Assembly: GCA_965218095.1 (NCBI GenBank)
Contig: OZ244587.1
Span: 3,872,001-3,936,000 of the forward strand
DNA: 64,000 nucleotides
From: Candidatus Poribacteria bacterium
Lineage (GTDB): Bacteria; Poribacteria; WGA-4E; PCPOR2b
Direction of reading: 5' to 3'
Under the pieces are notes generated by a model that was not told the DNA's origin, did not search any database, and saw nothing but the letters and a program-made list of their open reading frames with translations. Below are positions 1 to 10,107 of this stretch, piece after piece. How positions within the stretch are numbered: the stretch's first letter is position 1; each line of letters begins with the position of its first letter. The position numbers and the translations under genes are program-made.

Positions 1-295
1 ACTTCTGGGTGATTGATTAGCCACCGCCATTGCGTTTTGAAGCCATAGATGCCGTGAAACTGCATCAACATGAAGAAAATGATAAACGAGGTGGTTGAAT
101 ATGTCAATGGTTTTGCGTGTGTGACACCTGGTTTGTCAATACGGTGTTGCATAAACTGCTCAAAGAGTTGCATAATAAGAGTGACATAATCAGCCAACAT
201 TGGTCTTTGTACCATATTGGGGCTCCTTTTGCTATGATAACAATAGGAAACCCTTTTGGCTTGATTATGTCAACTATATTTATGCACACCCCTCA
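1..295 (-). mobile_element. Partial copy of DDE IS 'B' (5' part of transposase plus terminal repeat)
   Basis: 1-295 matches 14565-14859; transposase ATG (MVQRPM) at 215 on the minus strand; end sequence TATGCACACCCCTCA at 281-295. Confidence 0.92.
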
Positions 296-332
296 CTCTT
301 ATATGGCTCCCTTGAAATGTCAACAGAACCTA
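296..332 (+). mobile_element. Right-end remnant of the IS5-family element
   Basis: CTCTTATATGGCTCCCTTGAAATGTCAACAGAACCTA is identical to 7135-7171, the end of the full IS5 copy. Confidence 0.9.
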
Positions 333-354
333 AAGAGGGCAGTTACCGGGATTC

Positions 355-468
355 CTCATAGGGATCAACTTAACAGATCTAGCACACCTCTACGCCCGCT
401 GATGAATCAGCGGGCACGGTTCTTAAGCGCGGTGACTTCATCACCGCGCTTAACTTGATCCGTATGGG
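355..468. repeat. MITE/REP-like palindromic element
   Basis: Imperfect terminal inverted repeats (CTCATAGGGATCAACTTAAC / CTTAACTTGATCCGTATGGG, 16/20) enclosing hairpins at 394-415 and 423-453 (13-bp perfect stem). Confidence 0.6.
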
Positions 469-484
469 GGGCTGAAAATCCACT

Positions 485-625
485 TCCACGATCGCGAGGG
501 AAGACGCCAGTTTCGCGTCAAACCTTGGATCGGTTGCTTCGATCGCTTGATCGTGGATCCACAACGTTGTAATCCCAATCTTTCGATTGTGAACAACGTC
601 GGGACTGTTAGTTTAGACTGTTCAC
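485..625 (+). promoter_or_regulatory. Structured leader upstream of panB (candidate cis-regulatory RNA)
   Basis: Stems 485-493/549-557, 503-507/515-519, 528-532/540-544, 564-570/593-599, 576-580/585-589; alternative stem 589-595/619-625. Confidence 0.35.
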
Positions 626-662
626 TTGGACGATTACCGACAAAGGAAGAAGTGAAGGAATA

Positions 663-1439
663 ATGAAAAAAACAGTCGATTTCATTCAATCGATGAAACA
701 AAATGCACAAAAAATCACGATGCTAACGGCGTATGACTACCCGACAGCCCGTATCTTAAATGATGCCGACATCGATATCATCCTTGTTGGTGATTCCCTC
801 GGCATGGTGGTTTTGGGGTATGAAGACACCCGATCCGTCACGATGGCGGATATGCTCCACCACACCCGAATCGTTGCACGAGCCAACACCGAATGCCTGC
901 TCGTCGCAGACCTGCCCTACCGAGCTTACGAAACCCCAGAACAAGGGGTTGAAAACGCACGCTTGCTACGCGACGCAGGCGCCGATGCGGTAAAGCCGGA
1001 AGGTCACAAACCGGGGATCGTGGAAGCGATCATTGACAATGGCATCCCGGTGATAGGGCATGTCGGGCTACTCCCGCAGACGAGTGATCGATTTCGGGTG
1101 CATGGACGCAAGCGAATCGAAGCAAAACAGATTGCCGTTGATGCAAAGGCACTGGAAGAAACCGGTTGTTTCGCGGTCGTCCTCGAATCTGTGCCGGATG
1201 AGCTTGGCACGAAGATTACACAAGCATTGCGCATCCCGACAATCGGAATTGGGGCTGGTCCTGACTGTGACGGGCAGGTGCTGGTTATTCATGATCTACT
1301 GGGTCTTTTTGACCGTTTCACACCGACATTTGTGAAGCAGTATGCAAACTTGCGGAAAGAGATCCACCGTGCTGTGACACACTATAAGCTCGAAGTTCAG
1401 CAGAGGCTCTTCCCCGATGAAGATCATTCATACCATTGA
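663..1439 (+). CDS. panB: 3-methyl-2-oxobutanoate hydroxymethyltransferase
   Basis: ITMLTAYDY, ILVGDSLGMV, GHVGLLPQ and PTIGIGAGPDCDGQVLV motifs; RBS AAGGA. Confidence 0.97.
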   Translation: MKKTVDFIQSMKQNAQKITMLTAYDYPTARILNDADIDIILVGDSLGMVVLGYEDTRSVTMADMLHHTRIVARANTECLLVADLPYRAYETPEQGVENARLLRDAGADAVKPEGHKPGIVEAIIDNGIPVIGHVGLLPQTSDRFRVHGRKRIEAKQIAVDAKALEETGCFAVVLESVPDELGTKITQALRIPTIGIGAGPDCDGQVLVIHDLLGLFDRFTPTFVKQYANLRKEIHRAVTHYKLEVQQRLFPDEDHSYH

Positions 1440-1453
1440 GTAAGGAGAAGGCC

Positions 1454-2326
1454 ATGTTCAAAATTGGTGTTATCGGTGATGAGGTTTCACAAGACTTTCA
1501 GACAGTGATCAACGTTGCAAAAGAACTCAGTCTCGACTCGATTGAGATTCGATCTGTCTGGGACAAGGCACCGCAGGAGTTAACGGATGGAGATATTGAT
1601 GAAATGAAGCGTATCCTGGACGGGACGGACCTTCAGATCATTGGAATTGCCTCGCCGTTCTTCAAGTGTGACATTGATGACATGGAAGAACGTAAGGCGA
1701 ATCTGGACATCCTGAAGCAGTGCATCAAGCTGGCGAAGGCGTTTGACGCAAACCTGATCCGGACCTTCGTCTTCTGGAAGACGGGTAATGTAGAGAAACG
1801 TTGGGACGAGCTTATCTCCGCCTATGACGAACCGGTACGGATGGCGAATGGGGAAGGAATCACCCTGGGGATGGAAAACGAATCCTCAACTTCACTTTCG
1901 ACGGCTAAGTTGACAGAGCGATTTATCCACGAAATTGATTCGCCCAACGTCCGTGCCATCTGGGACCCGGCAAATGAAGCACATGCAGAAGGCGGAGAGA
2001 CGCCCTACCCCGACGCCTACAATCGACTCAAGCCGCTGATGATTCATGCCCACCTGAAAGACGCGGGCAAAAATCCCGATACTGGTGAGATGGAATCGGT
2101 CCCGGCCGGTGAAGGCGTGATCGATTGGCAGGGACAGCTTCAAGCATTTATCAATGACGACTACGAGGGACACCTCTGCTTGGAGACGCATTGGCGTCCG
2201 GCGCTTAAAATTGACGCAGATCTGCTCAATAAGCCGGGGGGCGATGCATTTTCCGAAGCGGGGGAGGAAGCGTCTCGGATCTGTCTCCAGAACCTGTTTG
2301 GGATGATTGAGAAGCTAAACAAGTAA
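1454..2326 (+). CDS. Sugar phosphate isomerase/epimerase (AP endonuclease 2 TIM barrel)
   Basis: GMENE, WDPAN, HAHLKD and LCLETH metal-binding motifs; RBS AAGGAG before the ATG at 1454. Confidence 0.88.
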   Translation: MFKIGVIGDEVSQDFQTVINVAKELSLDSIEIRSVWDKAPQELTDGDIDEMKRILDGTDLQIIGIASPFFKCDIDDMEERKANLDILKQCIKLAKAFDANLIRTFVFWKTGNVEKRWDELISAYDEPVRMANGEGITLGMENESSTSLSTAKLTERFIHEIDSPNVRAIWDPANEAHAEGGETPYPDAYNRLKPLMIHAHLKDAGKNPDTGEMESVPAGEGVIDWQGQLQAFINDDYEGHLCLETHWRPALKIDADLLNKPGGDAFSEAGEEASRICLQNLFGMIEKLNK

Positions 2327-2651
2327 AACGTGATGCGTGAAACGTAAACTGTTAAGGGTTTACCTAACTTGACAACGTCATTAATGAAGCGGAATTTGAA
2401 CGATTTTCTATTAATCGCATTGGGTTCTGTGTCGAGCCCGATGTGAGAATGGAAATTGATAACATTCGTGTCTACGTGGAATAGCAGGATTGGTGTGAAA
2501 ACATGAAGAAAGCAAAGTAGGGTGTAAACAAAGAGAAAAAGGCAGAAGTTAGACTTGAAAATATCAATGCAATTTTCCTCAACTATATGTTATTCAATGG
2601 CTCCAACGACTTCTCCGCCGTTACTTTTCAGCCGACTCTCGGTGTTTGTTT

Positions 2652-5600
2652 ATGGGGAAACTCCTGACAACGTTGTATTTATTACTCATTGGAATTCTCA
2701 ACCCCGCGCTTTATGCAGCAGACAACGCCAATTCCGACAAAAGTCCGACGAACGACCTCCAACTTCCTGCCCTCTCCCTTCTGCAAAAAACCGAGGTCAG
2801 CCGATTCAAAGACTTGCCCGACCCTTTCGCCCTGAAGCATTGGCCCCTCGTCCACGAAAGCGAACAGATCACAATCAACGGGGCACGGCTCACTCGAAAC
2901 CTGGATTATCTCACCGACTATCACACCGGAACGATTACCCTCCTGCACGACTATCCTCCCGAAGCCACTCTTCAAATTACCTACCAGACCTTGCCCTTCG
3001 CCATCAAAAAGGAATATAAAAGAGATCTGTTTCAACAAGTTCAGCCGCTGACTGAGGAACCCCCAGGTGAGGTCGAACTTGAACCCCGCGCTGACCTTAC
3101 GCGCCAACAACCGGCAGAAATCCCTCCGCTACAAGTCACAGGAACGCAGACGTTTGGCGTTTCGGTCGGCAGCGGACGTTCTTTGTCACAAGAGCAAGCA
3201 TTGCGAATCAGCGTTGATGGCAAGGTCTCGGAGAACGTAAGCGTTACCGCACTGCTCTCTGATCAAGATCTGCCACTCCAACCCGAAGGCACGACCGAAA
3301 ATATCCAAGAGATTGATCAGAAGCTCATCCGCATTACCAGCCCAAATGTCACAGCAATGCTGGGCGATTTTGAGGGCTCGCTCGGCAACGCCGATATATT
3401 TTTTAACCGCGCTTTAGAAGGTGTGCAGGTCGAGGGAAACTTCAAGTGGGGAAGATTTCATCTCATACCGAGCGCCATCCCAAAAGGTCAATCTGCCAGC
3501 AAGACAATCAGAGGTGAGGAGGGCCGCAGCGAATATCGGATTGATGTCGATGGAGAATTTGTCATCATCAAAGCGGGGACGGAAATTGTCTGGCTCAACG
3601 GTCAACGGATGCAGCGCGGGGCAAACAACGACTATGTGATTCGTGAGTACGGCGACCCGATCATTGAGTTCACGAGCAAACACCTGATTACCAGCAATGA
3701 CATTATCCGCGTCGATTTTGAGTTTATTCCCGAAGAGCTCGCGTATCAGCGAAATCTGCAAGGCGTGAGCGGTCTGCTGAATCTGCCCGGTGGTCGTGCT
3801 ACAATCGGCTTTGGTTATGCTGTTGAATCGGACTTGAATGATCCGGAAAATGCGTTTATCATTCTGGGTGAACAAGACCTTGAAGAACTCCAAAGAAATG
3901 AGTTGGATGCGGACGGCGATGGCAGACCGCTTATCGCCCCACAGCGACGTACCGTATGGGGCATCAACGGGCGTCTCGATCCCGCCGAGAGTCAAGGACC
4001 TCTGCGGTATGCCCCGACCGTAGAAGGACAGATCGCCTTCGGTGCGCTGGATGAGAACACTTTTTCTAATCTCGATGCCAAGGTGCTCAGTCGAGCGTGG
4101 AAACTCCTCGCCAATTCAGCGACTGAAAAACTCCTGTTGAACTTAGAACTCCGCGCCCTTGATGCGGAGTTCGTATCTGTCGGTGCATCAAGCACCAACC
4201 GCACACGCTTCCGCTATGAAGAACAGTATGCTGATGAACAATTCGATGATCTGTATTTATTGGGTGACGCGGGCCCGAGCCAAACCCCTGATGAGAAATC
4301 TGTAGATCTCGACTTACAGGCGAAGCCGTTCAATTGGCTAAGACTCGACTACGGTTTGGGGCGAACGGAGGAGCGTTTTAAGAAATCAGCAAATCAGCAA
4401 GGTCTCGACGGTTTCGATACGTTTGGCGACTCAACCGATTCGACTGGCATCACGTTTCACAGCTCTGTTCCGAGAGTCCGCGAAACGGAGTCCGCTACGC
4501 GAGACCAAGCTCTGCCCCGATCCATTGGGGTTTCACGTCTCAAGCCTGATGACATAACACTTCGTAACAATTTCAGATGGGGATTTGATTTCAATCCACG
4601 GGTGGGGTTAATAAAACGCTCATACCTGCCCCGTCTAAGGGGCGATTACCGAGGAAGCACCTCAAAAGTCAGGGGACAGGACCAATTCCGCAAAGAACGC
4701 AGGCAGGGAAGCCTCTCGCATCGCATCCGTCTCTTCAATCTGAATGCTTCCATCGAACAGTTGGAAGCGATTGATCTAGATCTCGACGATCGCGTGAATC
4801 TGAATCGGCAGCGAAACATTTCGACCGCTCGGATCGATGTTGTGGATTTGCAATGGGCATCAATCAACACACGATATGCTATTGAAGAAGCATTTGATAA
4901 GGAAGCCTTGCTCACCGTTGATGTCAAGACATTAGGCTTCTCGGATTGGCAGCCGGCGACAACAGCGAGGACCTGGACGGTGGGTCTCTTTTCACAACCG
5001 CGTAAGTGGGCAGACATTTCCACAAATATTTCTCGGCGGGTGTTCAAGGTGCAGCAGAGACTCGAATCAGATTCAACGACGCAGTTGGCGGATATTGAAC
5101 TGCGGCTCACACCATTCAATCGTGCGTTGAACGGCCAAATCACTTATGAACTCGATAAAAAGCTGGCGACAGAGCGGCGAGAAATTTATACGAGTTTCAA
5201 TCCGTTTACGGGTCAGGAAATCAAGCCGGGCGAGGGACATTATGTCAAAATCGATGACCTACATTACCAGGAAGATTTCGAGGACGGGAACTATATCAAA
5301 TTCATCCAGAACGTTGATGACAAGCCTGTTTCTGCAATCGATGCCAAGCTGCAACTGCGTTTTCTGCCGCGCCGGCTCATTTCGCGTAGAAGGCGAACCC
5401 GCACATCAGCGACTCGGCGAATGGGCGTTGCGATGCAGATGGAGCCCCGGTCAGATCTGGGTAATCCCAACCTTCAATCGGTACGCGAGCAACTGCACGA
5501 CAAAACTTCAAGCCGCGATTGGGTAGCGTGGCTTGCAAATGCGACTAGACGTGCTGATATTCTAGTGAATATCACAGAGGAGCAGGAAGAACCCGACCCT

Positions 5601-6320
5601 GCTTCCCTCTATCTGTTGCGCAACCTGCGAAACGAACGCACGATTTTCGGACGAATCAACCAGCGGTATCGACTCGACTTTTCCCCTTCGCCGCTATTGA
5701 ACTTAGACCTCGGCTTTGACACCAATCGTCTCCTCAACAAGCGGATTAATAGCCGGGAGCGATGGCGACACAGCCAGGATTGGGAGGTCGCCTTAACACT
5801 GAACCCAACGTTGAAACTTTCATTCAAGGCAAAATGGGAACAGCGTCGGGAAGAGGAAAAGTTTACCGAACTCGATCCGGAGGGGAATACGTCAGAAGCT
5901 ATCTCCGATCTGACGCAGTTTGAGCGCACAAACACGCTCGACTTCAACTACGAGCTAAGCAGCGTTTTACGGTTCGGTGTCGCCGGCAGCCACGAGTTCA
6001 CTGCCGATCTGGAACGCATTGATGACGAACCAGAGGCCCGAACACAAACCTTCTCGCTTGAGAATCGACTGACCTACTCCTCTACTGGCAAAGGGCGAAT
6101 CAACTTCACCTATCGACTCGGCTACGGCAATAGCGAAGGTGGCATTCCTTTCACACGATACAACTTCTACGAGGGGGTCAGCCATGAAGCCCGAGTAACG
6201 GCGGATTACAAAGTTCGGAGGGTGACAGATCTACTGCTGCGATTCAACTACCGATTGCTATCCACGAAACAGAAGAAGCCAGAGCACCGCCTGGGGATGG
6301 AAGTCGTGGCGGAGTTATGA
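2652..6320 (+). CDS. Large secreted/outer-membrane protein (about 1220 aa), resembling FCB-group SprA-like beta-barrel proteins
   Basis: Signal peptide MGKLLTTLYLLLIGILNPALYA; SDQDLPLQPEGTTENIQEID and GTEIVWLNGQRMQRGANNDYVI segments; alternating beta-strand pattern in the C-terminal half. Family resemblance is from recall. Confidence 0.6.
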   Translation: MGKLLTTLYLLLIGILNPALYAADNANSDKSPTNDLQLPALSLLQKTEVSRFKDLPDPFALKHWPLVHESEQITINGARLTRNLDYLTDYHTGTITLLHDYPPEATLQITYQTLPFAIKKEYKRDLFQQVQPLTEEPPGEVELEPRADLTRQQPAEIPPLQVTGTQTFGVSVGSGRSLSQEQALRISVDGKVSENVSVTALLSDQDLPLQPEGTTENIQEIDQKLIRITSPNVTAMLGDFEGSLGNADIFFNRALEGVQVEGNFKWGRFHLIPSAIPKGQSASKTIRGEEGRSEYRIDVDGEFVIIKAGTEIVWLNGQRMQRGANNDYVIREYGDPIIEFTSKHLITSNDIIRVDFEFIPEELAYQRNLQGVSGLLNLPGGRATIGFGYAVESDLNDPENAFIILGEQDLEELQRNELDADGDGRPLIAPQRRTVWGINGRLDPAESQGPLRYAPTVEGQIAFGALDENTFSNLDAKVLSRAWKLLANSATEKLLLNLELRALDAEFVSVGASSTNRTRFRYEEQYADEQFDDLYLLGDAGPSQTPDEKSVDLDLQAKPFNWLRLDYGLGRTEERFKKSANQQGLDGFDTFGDSTDSTGITFHSSVPRVRETESATRDQALPRSIGVSRLKPDDITLRNNFRWGFDFNPRVGLIKRSYLPRLRGDYRGSTSKVRGQDQFRKERRQGSLSHRIRLFNLNASIEQLEAIDLDLDDRVNLNRQRNISTARIDVVDLQWASINTRYAIEEAFDKEALLTVDVKTLGFSDWQPATTARTWTVGLFSQPRKWADISTNISRRVFKVQQRLESDSTTQLADIELRLTPFNRALNGQITYELDKKLATERREIYTSFNPFTGQEIKPGEGHYVKIDDLHYQEDFEDGNYIKFIQNVDDKPVSAIDAKLQLRFLPRRLISRRRRTRTSATRRMGVAMQMEPRSDLGNPNLQSVREQLHDKTSSRDWVAWLANATRRADILVNITEEQEEPDPASLYLLRNLRNERTIFGRINQRYRLDFSPSPLLNLDLGFDTNRLLNKRINSRERWRHSQDWEVALTLNPTLKLSFKAKWEQRREEEKFTELDPEGNTSEAISDLTQFERTNTLDFNYELSSVLRFGVAGSHEFTADLERIDDEPEARTQTFSLENRLTYSSTGKGRINFTYRLGYGNSEGGIPFTRYNFYEGVSHEARVTADYKVRRVTDLLLRFNYRLLSTKQKKPEHRLGMEVVAEL

Positions 6321-6346
6321 TTTTTTTGGTGTATTAATCTTTGGTG

Positions 6347-7172
6347 CTAGGTTCTGTTGACATTTGAGTATAAGGTTGTGGCATAATAGAAGAATGACGC
6401 CAATAACCTTACCTGATGAACAATGGAATAAGATATACCGGTTTCTTCTTAGCTGTCCCACCATCTATGTTGGCGACGAAGCTGCTACACGCCGCTTCGT
6501 CGAAGCCGTCCTGTGGGTGACTCGTAGCGGGGCTCAATGGAGACTTCTACCAGACACCTATGGCAAATCGAACACCCGCTACAAGCGGTTTGCTCGATGG
6601 TGCGACAAAGGTATCTTCACACAGATGCACCACCACTTCGCCTCTGACCCCGATATCGAGTCGCTTATTGTGGACAGTACAATCATTCGAGCGCACCCGT
6701 GTGCGGCGGGTGCCGAAAAAAAAAGGGTGGCACTGAAAACCAAGCGTTAGGTCGCTCTCGGGGCGGTTTCAGCACAAAAATTCACATCACCGTTGACGGC
6801 CTGGGTAATCCACTAAGAATACATCTGACCCCCGGTCAAAGAAACGACATAGCGGAAGCAGAAGCGTTGATACTTGGATATAAAAGCGAGTATGTGATTG
6901 GAGACAAGGGATATGACTCCGACAATTTTATCGCGGTTATTGAGGCGAATGGAGCGATTGCGGTGATATCGCCAAAAAGTCATCGTGTGGATCAAAGAGA
7001 TTACGACAAACATCTGTACAAAGAGAGACATCGGGTTGAATGTTTCATTAACAAGATAAAATGGTATCGCCGCATCTTCTCTCGGTTCGAGAAGTTATCT
7101 ATCCGTTATTTTGGATTTCTCAGCTTTGTCTCCACTCTTATATGGCTCCCTTGAAATGTCAACAGAACCTAG
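6347..7172 (+). mobile_element. IS5-family element (IS427/IS1031-like), two ORFs joined by a -1 frameshift
   Basis: Ends CTAGGTTCTGTTGACATTT / AAATGTCAACAGAACCTAG; orfA 6364-6750 ([18 protein letters not shown]); orfB to 7154 (ALGRSRGGFSTKIH, GDKGYDS, RHRVECF); slippery A9G at 6716-6725. Confidence 0.95.
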
Positions 7173-7394
7173 CACCATTAATTATTAGGCTTTCTCAGCA
7201 TCGACTGGTGGCGGTGTAAACAGACCATGTAAATTTTCAACGTGTACAAGCAAAAAGCCCCAGCATCGGTACAACAGTTCGTATCCGTAACAGGGCTTTT
7301 TTGTGCCCCGTGCAATTCCTTTCATCTTGCGTAACGGCACGCAATCTGCTATACTTTCTTCGCAAAAGGCTTCGTAATTGTCAACTAAGAAAGG

Positions 7395-8195
7395 ATGATC
7401 TTTATGAGCCAGATTCCGAAGTATGATATCGGCCAACTCATGCAAGAATGGCAGATCAATGGATTCGTTGTCTTTGAAGACCTCATACGATGGGAGACGA
7501 TTGACCGGATTCGCGAGGCATGGATGCCAATTCGGGATCGCGACATCCAGCGGCAGGGAAAGGATCCGAGCCGAGGTTATCATCGTTATAACGTCCGGGT
7601 GCCATTCGAGCGACCGTTTGTCGATCCGGAGATCTTCGAGCACCTCGCCCTGGTCGAGTTTCTTGAACGGGTGCTGGGGCCGGACTACGTCTGGTCGCAC
7701 TTTGACTCGAACATCCCACTGCCAGGAACAGACTATCAGAAATGGCATCGGGATGGCTATTCCAAAACAATCTCTCCAGGCGTTATGGCGCCGGCTTTCC
7801 AGGTAGGCGTCAAGTTCCCGCTGGTTGACACAAACGAAGAGAATGGGAGTATCGAAATCATTCCAGGGACGCACTACGTTCCCAACAGCGAAGACTTGCT
7901 CACTGATTTGGACGCTGTCTTTGGCGCTGGGGCCAACCGCCGTGGCCGGTATTATCCCATCCGGCTCAACCTCAAGAAAGGCTCGCTCTGGGTGCACGAT
8001 GTACGCATCTGCCATCGCGGCACCCCCAATCGGTCAGATCACGCCCGTGACGAACTGTGTATGGCATGTTGTCGCCCCTGGGTTTTCAACCGGTGGCAGC
8101 ATGAATACACCGAGAAACATTTCCCACGAGATCTCTGGGAAAGCCTGTCAGAACACGCCCGGCAAGTGCTGCGATGGTACCGCGTGAAAGATTAA
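7395..8195 (+). CDS. Phytanoyl-CoA dioxygenase (PhyH) family Fe(II)/2OG oxygenase
   Basis: WHRD, NGSIEIIPGTH and HRGTPN..R motifs. Confidence 0.9.
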   Translation: MIFMSQIPKYDIGQLMQEWQINGFVVFEDLIRWETIDRIREAWMPIRDRDIQRQGKDPSRGYHRYNVRVPFERPFVDPEIFEHLALVEFLERVLGPDYVWSHFDSNIPLPGTDYQKWHRDGYSKTISPGVMAPAFQVGVKFPLVDTNEENGSIEIIPGTHYVPNSEDLLTDLDAVFGAGANRRGRYYPIRLNLKKGSLWVHDVRICHRGTPNRSDHARDELCMACCRPWVFNRWQHEYTEKHFPRDLWESLSEHARQVLRWYRVKD

Positions 8196-8211
8196 GTATT
8201 GGCTGGTATGA

Positions 8212-8389
8212 TGTGCTATTACACATGCGTGAGAAAATCTGTTCGATTTGGCTTATCGAGAAGACGATCCGCGATTTGAGTCCAGGGGTTCAAAAGTTCA
8301 ATGAACCCATGAACGCTTGAACTTCTGTACTCTTGTAACACTAACTTGCAGTTCCGATGCGGGTTCTCAAAGGTTTAGTGATGGCGCAC
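8212..8389. repeat. MITE-like repeat, copy 1
   Basis: Inverted homologue of 22340-22533 (shared ATGCGTGAGAAAATCTG, CGCGATTTGAG, AAAAGTTCAATGAACCCATGAA and CAGTTCCGATGCGGGTTCT). Confidence 0.8.
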
Positions 8390-8418
8390 GTAAACCATCT
8401 TGGAAGGAGATAGATCAA

Positions 8419-9195
8419 ATGCAACATAATGTTGTCAAAGAGAAAGTATTGAGGGGGGAGCCGGCAATCGGCGCAGCACTTGGCTTCCCCTCGCCGGAAC
8501 TGGTCGAAATCTGCGGATTGCTAGGTTTCGAGTGGATCTTTATCGATGCCGAGCATGGGCCGATTGGCTGGGCGGAATGTCAGGCGATGTGCAGAGCCTG
8601 TGATGCGTTCGGCATGTCGTCCATTGTCCGTGTCCCCCAACTTGACCAGGCGCTGATTATGACGTATCTGCAGACGGGACCGCTTGGGGTCGCTGTGCCA
8701 CATATCAACACGGCTGAAGAAGCCGAGGCGGTTGTCCATGCCGCCCGATACGCTCCTGAGGGACGGCGCGGCTGTGATTCGGGTGCCAGATCGTCAGCCT
8801 ACAACCTCATTGAGTCGGAGACTGATTACTTTGCTCGCTCAAATCGGGAGCTCCTGGTGGCGATATGGGTTGAAGAAGTAGAGGCTATGAGGAACCTGGA
8901 CGAAATCCTCCAGGTTCCGGGGGTTGACGCGATCAATGTTGCATCCGGTGACCTTGCCCTGTCAATGGGGCTTCCCGGGGGCTCGGATCACCCGGACGTT
9001 CAGGCAGTTGTGGCCGAAGCGCGACAGAAGGTGTTGGCTGCGGGAAAGGTCTTAATCGGCGAACCGTCCGATGCGGCCTCGGCGAAGCAAATGATAGCTG
9101 ATGGCATTCTGCTCATTTCAAGTTACATGCAGGGGATGTGGATCAATGCCGCCCATGCTTACCTCAGCGAGTTGAAAGAAAAAGGGAACAGTTAA
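8419..9195 (+). CDS. HpcH/HpaI aldolase family protein
   Basis: FEWIFIDAEHG, VRVP, YAPEGRRG and GDLALSMG motifs; RBS AAGGAG; the upstream extension in the ORF track lies in the MITE. Confidence 0.9.
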   Translation: MQHNVVKEKVLRGEPAIGAALGFPSPELVEICGLLGFEWIFIDAEHGPIGWAECQAMCRACDAFGMSSIVRVPQLDQALIMTYLQTGPLGVAVPHINTAEEAEAVVHAARYAPEGRRGCDSGARSSAYNLIESETDYFARSNRELLVAIWVEEVEAMRNLDEILQVPGVDAINVASGDLALSMGLPGGSDHPDVQAVVAEARQKVLAAGKVLIGEPSDAASAKQMIADGILLISSYMQGMWINAAHAYLSELKEKGNS

Positions 9196-9225
9196 TGTCG
9201 ACACATAACATTTGAGGAGGGCTCA

Positions 9226-10020
9226 ATGGCATCTTCTTTGCCCAACTATGACCTCGATCTGAAACTTGCTGAATTCAAGATCAACGGTTACAGTATCTTT
9301 GATGATTTGATGCCTGGTGAGAAGATCGATCGAATCCGCGAGGCTTTTATGCCGCTTTTGGAAACCGTCAGGGCGCGCAACGACCACACAGCGTCCGGCG
9401 ACCGCCGCACAGGAGAAGGTCGCCTACAGTACGCCAATCGTTACACCGTGGAGGTGCCCTGGAAGCCGCTGTTCTCCGATCCGGAAATCTACGAGAATCC
9501 GGTTCTGCTTGAGTTTCTCGACCGGTATTGGGGCGCAAGCGACTATCTCATCACCGCGTATTCTTCAAACACGCCGTATCCCGGCAGCGAATATCAGCGA
9601 TGGCATCGAGATACGCCGCTTATTGCCCCACAGGTCGGTCTGCAGGTTTTCCCGATTACTGCTATCAAGTTCCCACTGGTTAATACCTCTGAAGCAAATG
9701 GTAGCTTTGAAGTTTTGCCCAGCACCCAATACATCGCTGACCCTGAGTTGGAGACGCGCTATGATAAGATATTGGAGACAGGAGAATTCCTCACTAAGCA
9801 CCGGCTCAACATGAAGAAAGGTACGTTTTGGCTTCAGGACATACGTACGGTGCATCGCGGAACGCCTAACCGCTCGGATTACCCAAGGCCAGAGTTGGTG
9901 ATTGTTGTTAATCGCCCATGGCACACCCAGCGCAGGCATATCGAAATGACGCAGGTGGAATTCGACAAACTCTCTGAGCGAGGCAAGCAGATGCTCGCCA
10001 GGTGCCGGATACTTGGATAA
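9226..10020 (+). CDS. PhyH family Fe(II)/2OG oxygenase
   Basis: WHRD and HRGTPNRS motifs; paralogue of 7395-8195; RBS GAGGAGG. Confidence 0.9.
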   Translation: MASSLPNYDLDLKLAEFKINGYSIFDDLMPGEKIDRIREAFMPLLETVRARNDHTASGDRRTGEGRLQYANRYTVEVPWKPLFSDPEIYENPVLLEFLDRYWGASDYLITAYSSNTPYPGSEYQRWHRDTPLIAPQVGLQVFPITAIKFPLVNTSEANGSFEVLPSTQYIADPELETRYDKILETGEFLTKHRLNMKKGTFWLQDIRTVHRGTPNRSDYPRPELVIVVNRPWHTQRRHIEMTQVEFDKLSERGKQMLARCRILG

Positions 10021-10107
10021 AGGCGAGATTTTTGGATCGACACGAAACCCAATTCCTCCACACATATGAATGTGGCGGCTTCCTCGGAAAAGAACGTGAG
10101 CGTTGAG

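Noticed and set aside
7185-8015. 276-aa minus-strand ORF and other long antisense ORFs (3414-3995, 24047-24637, 60851-61408)
   Set aside because: Shadows of well-supported genes on the opposite strand, with no recognisable motifs
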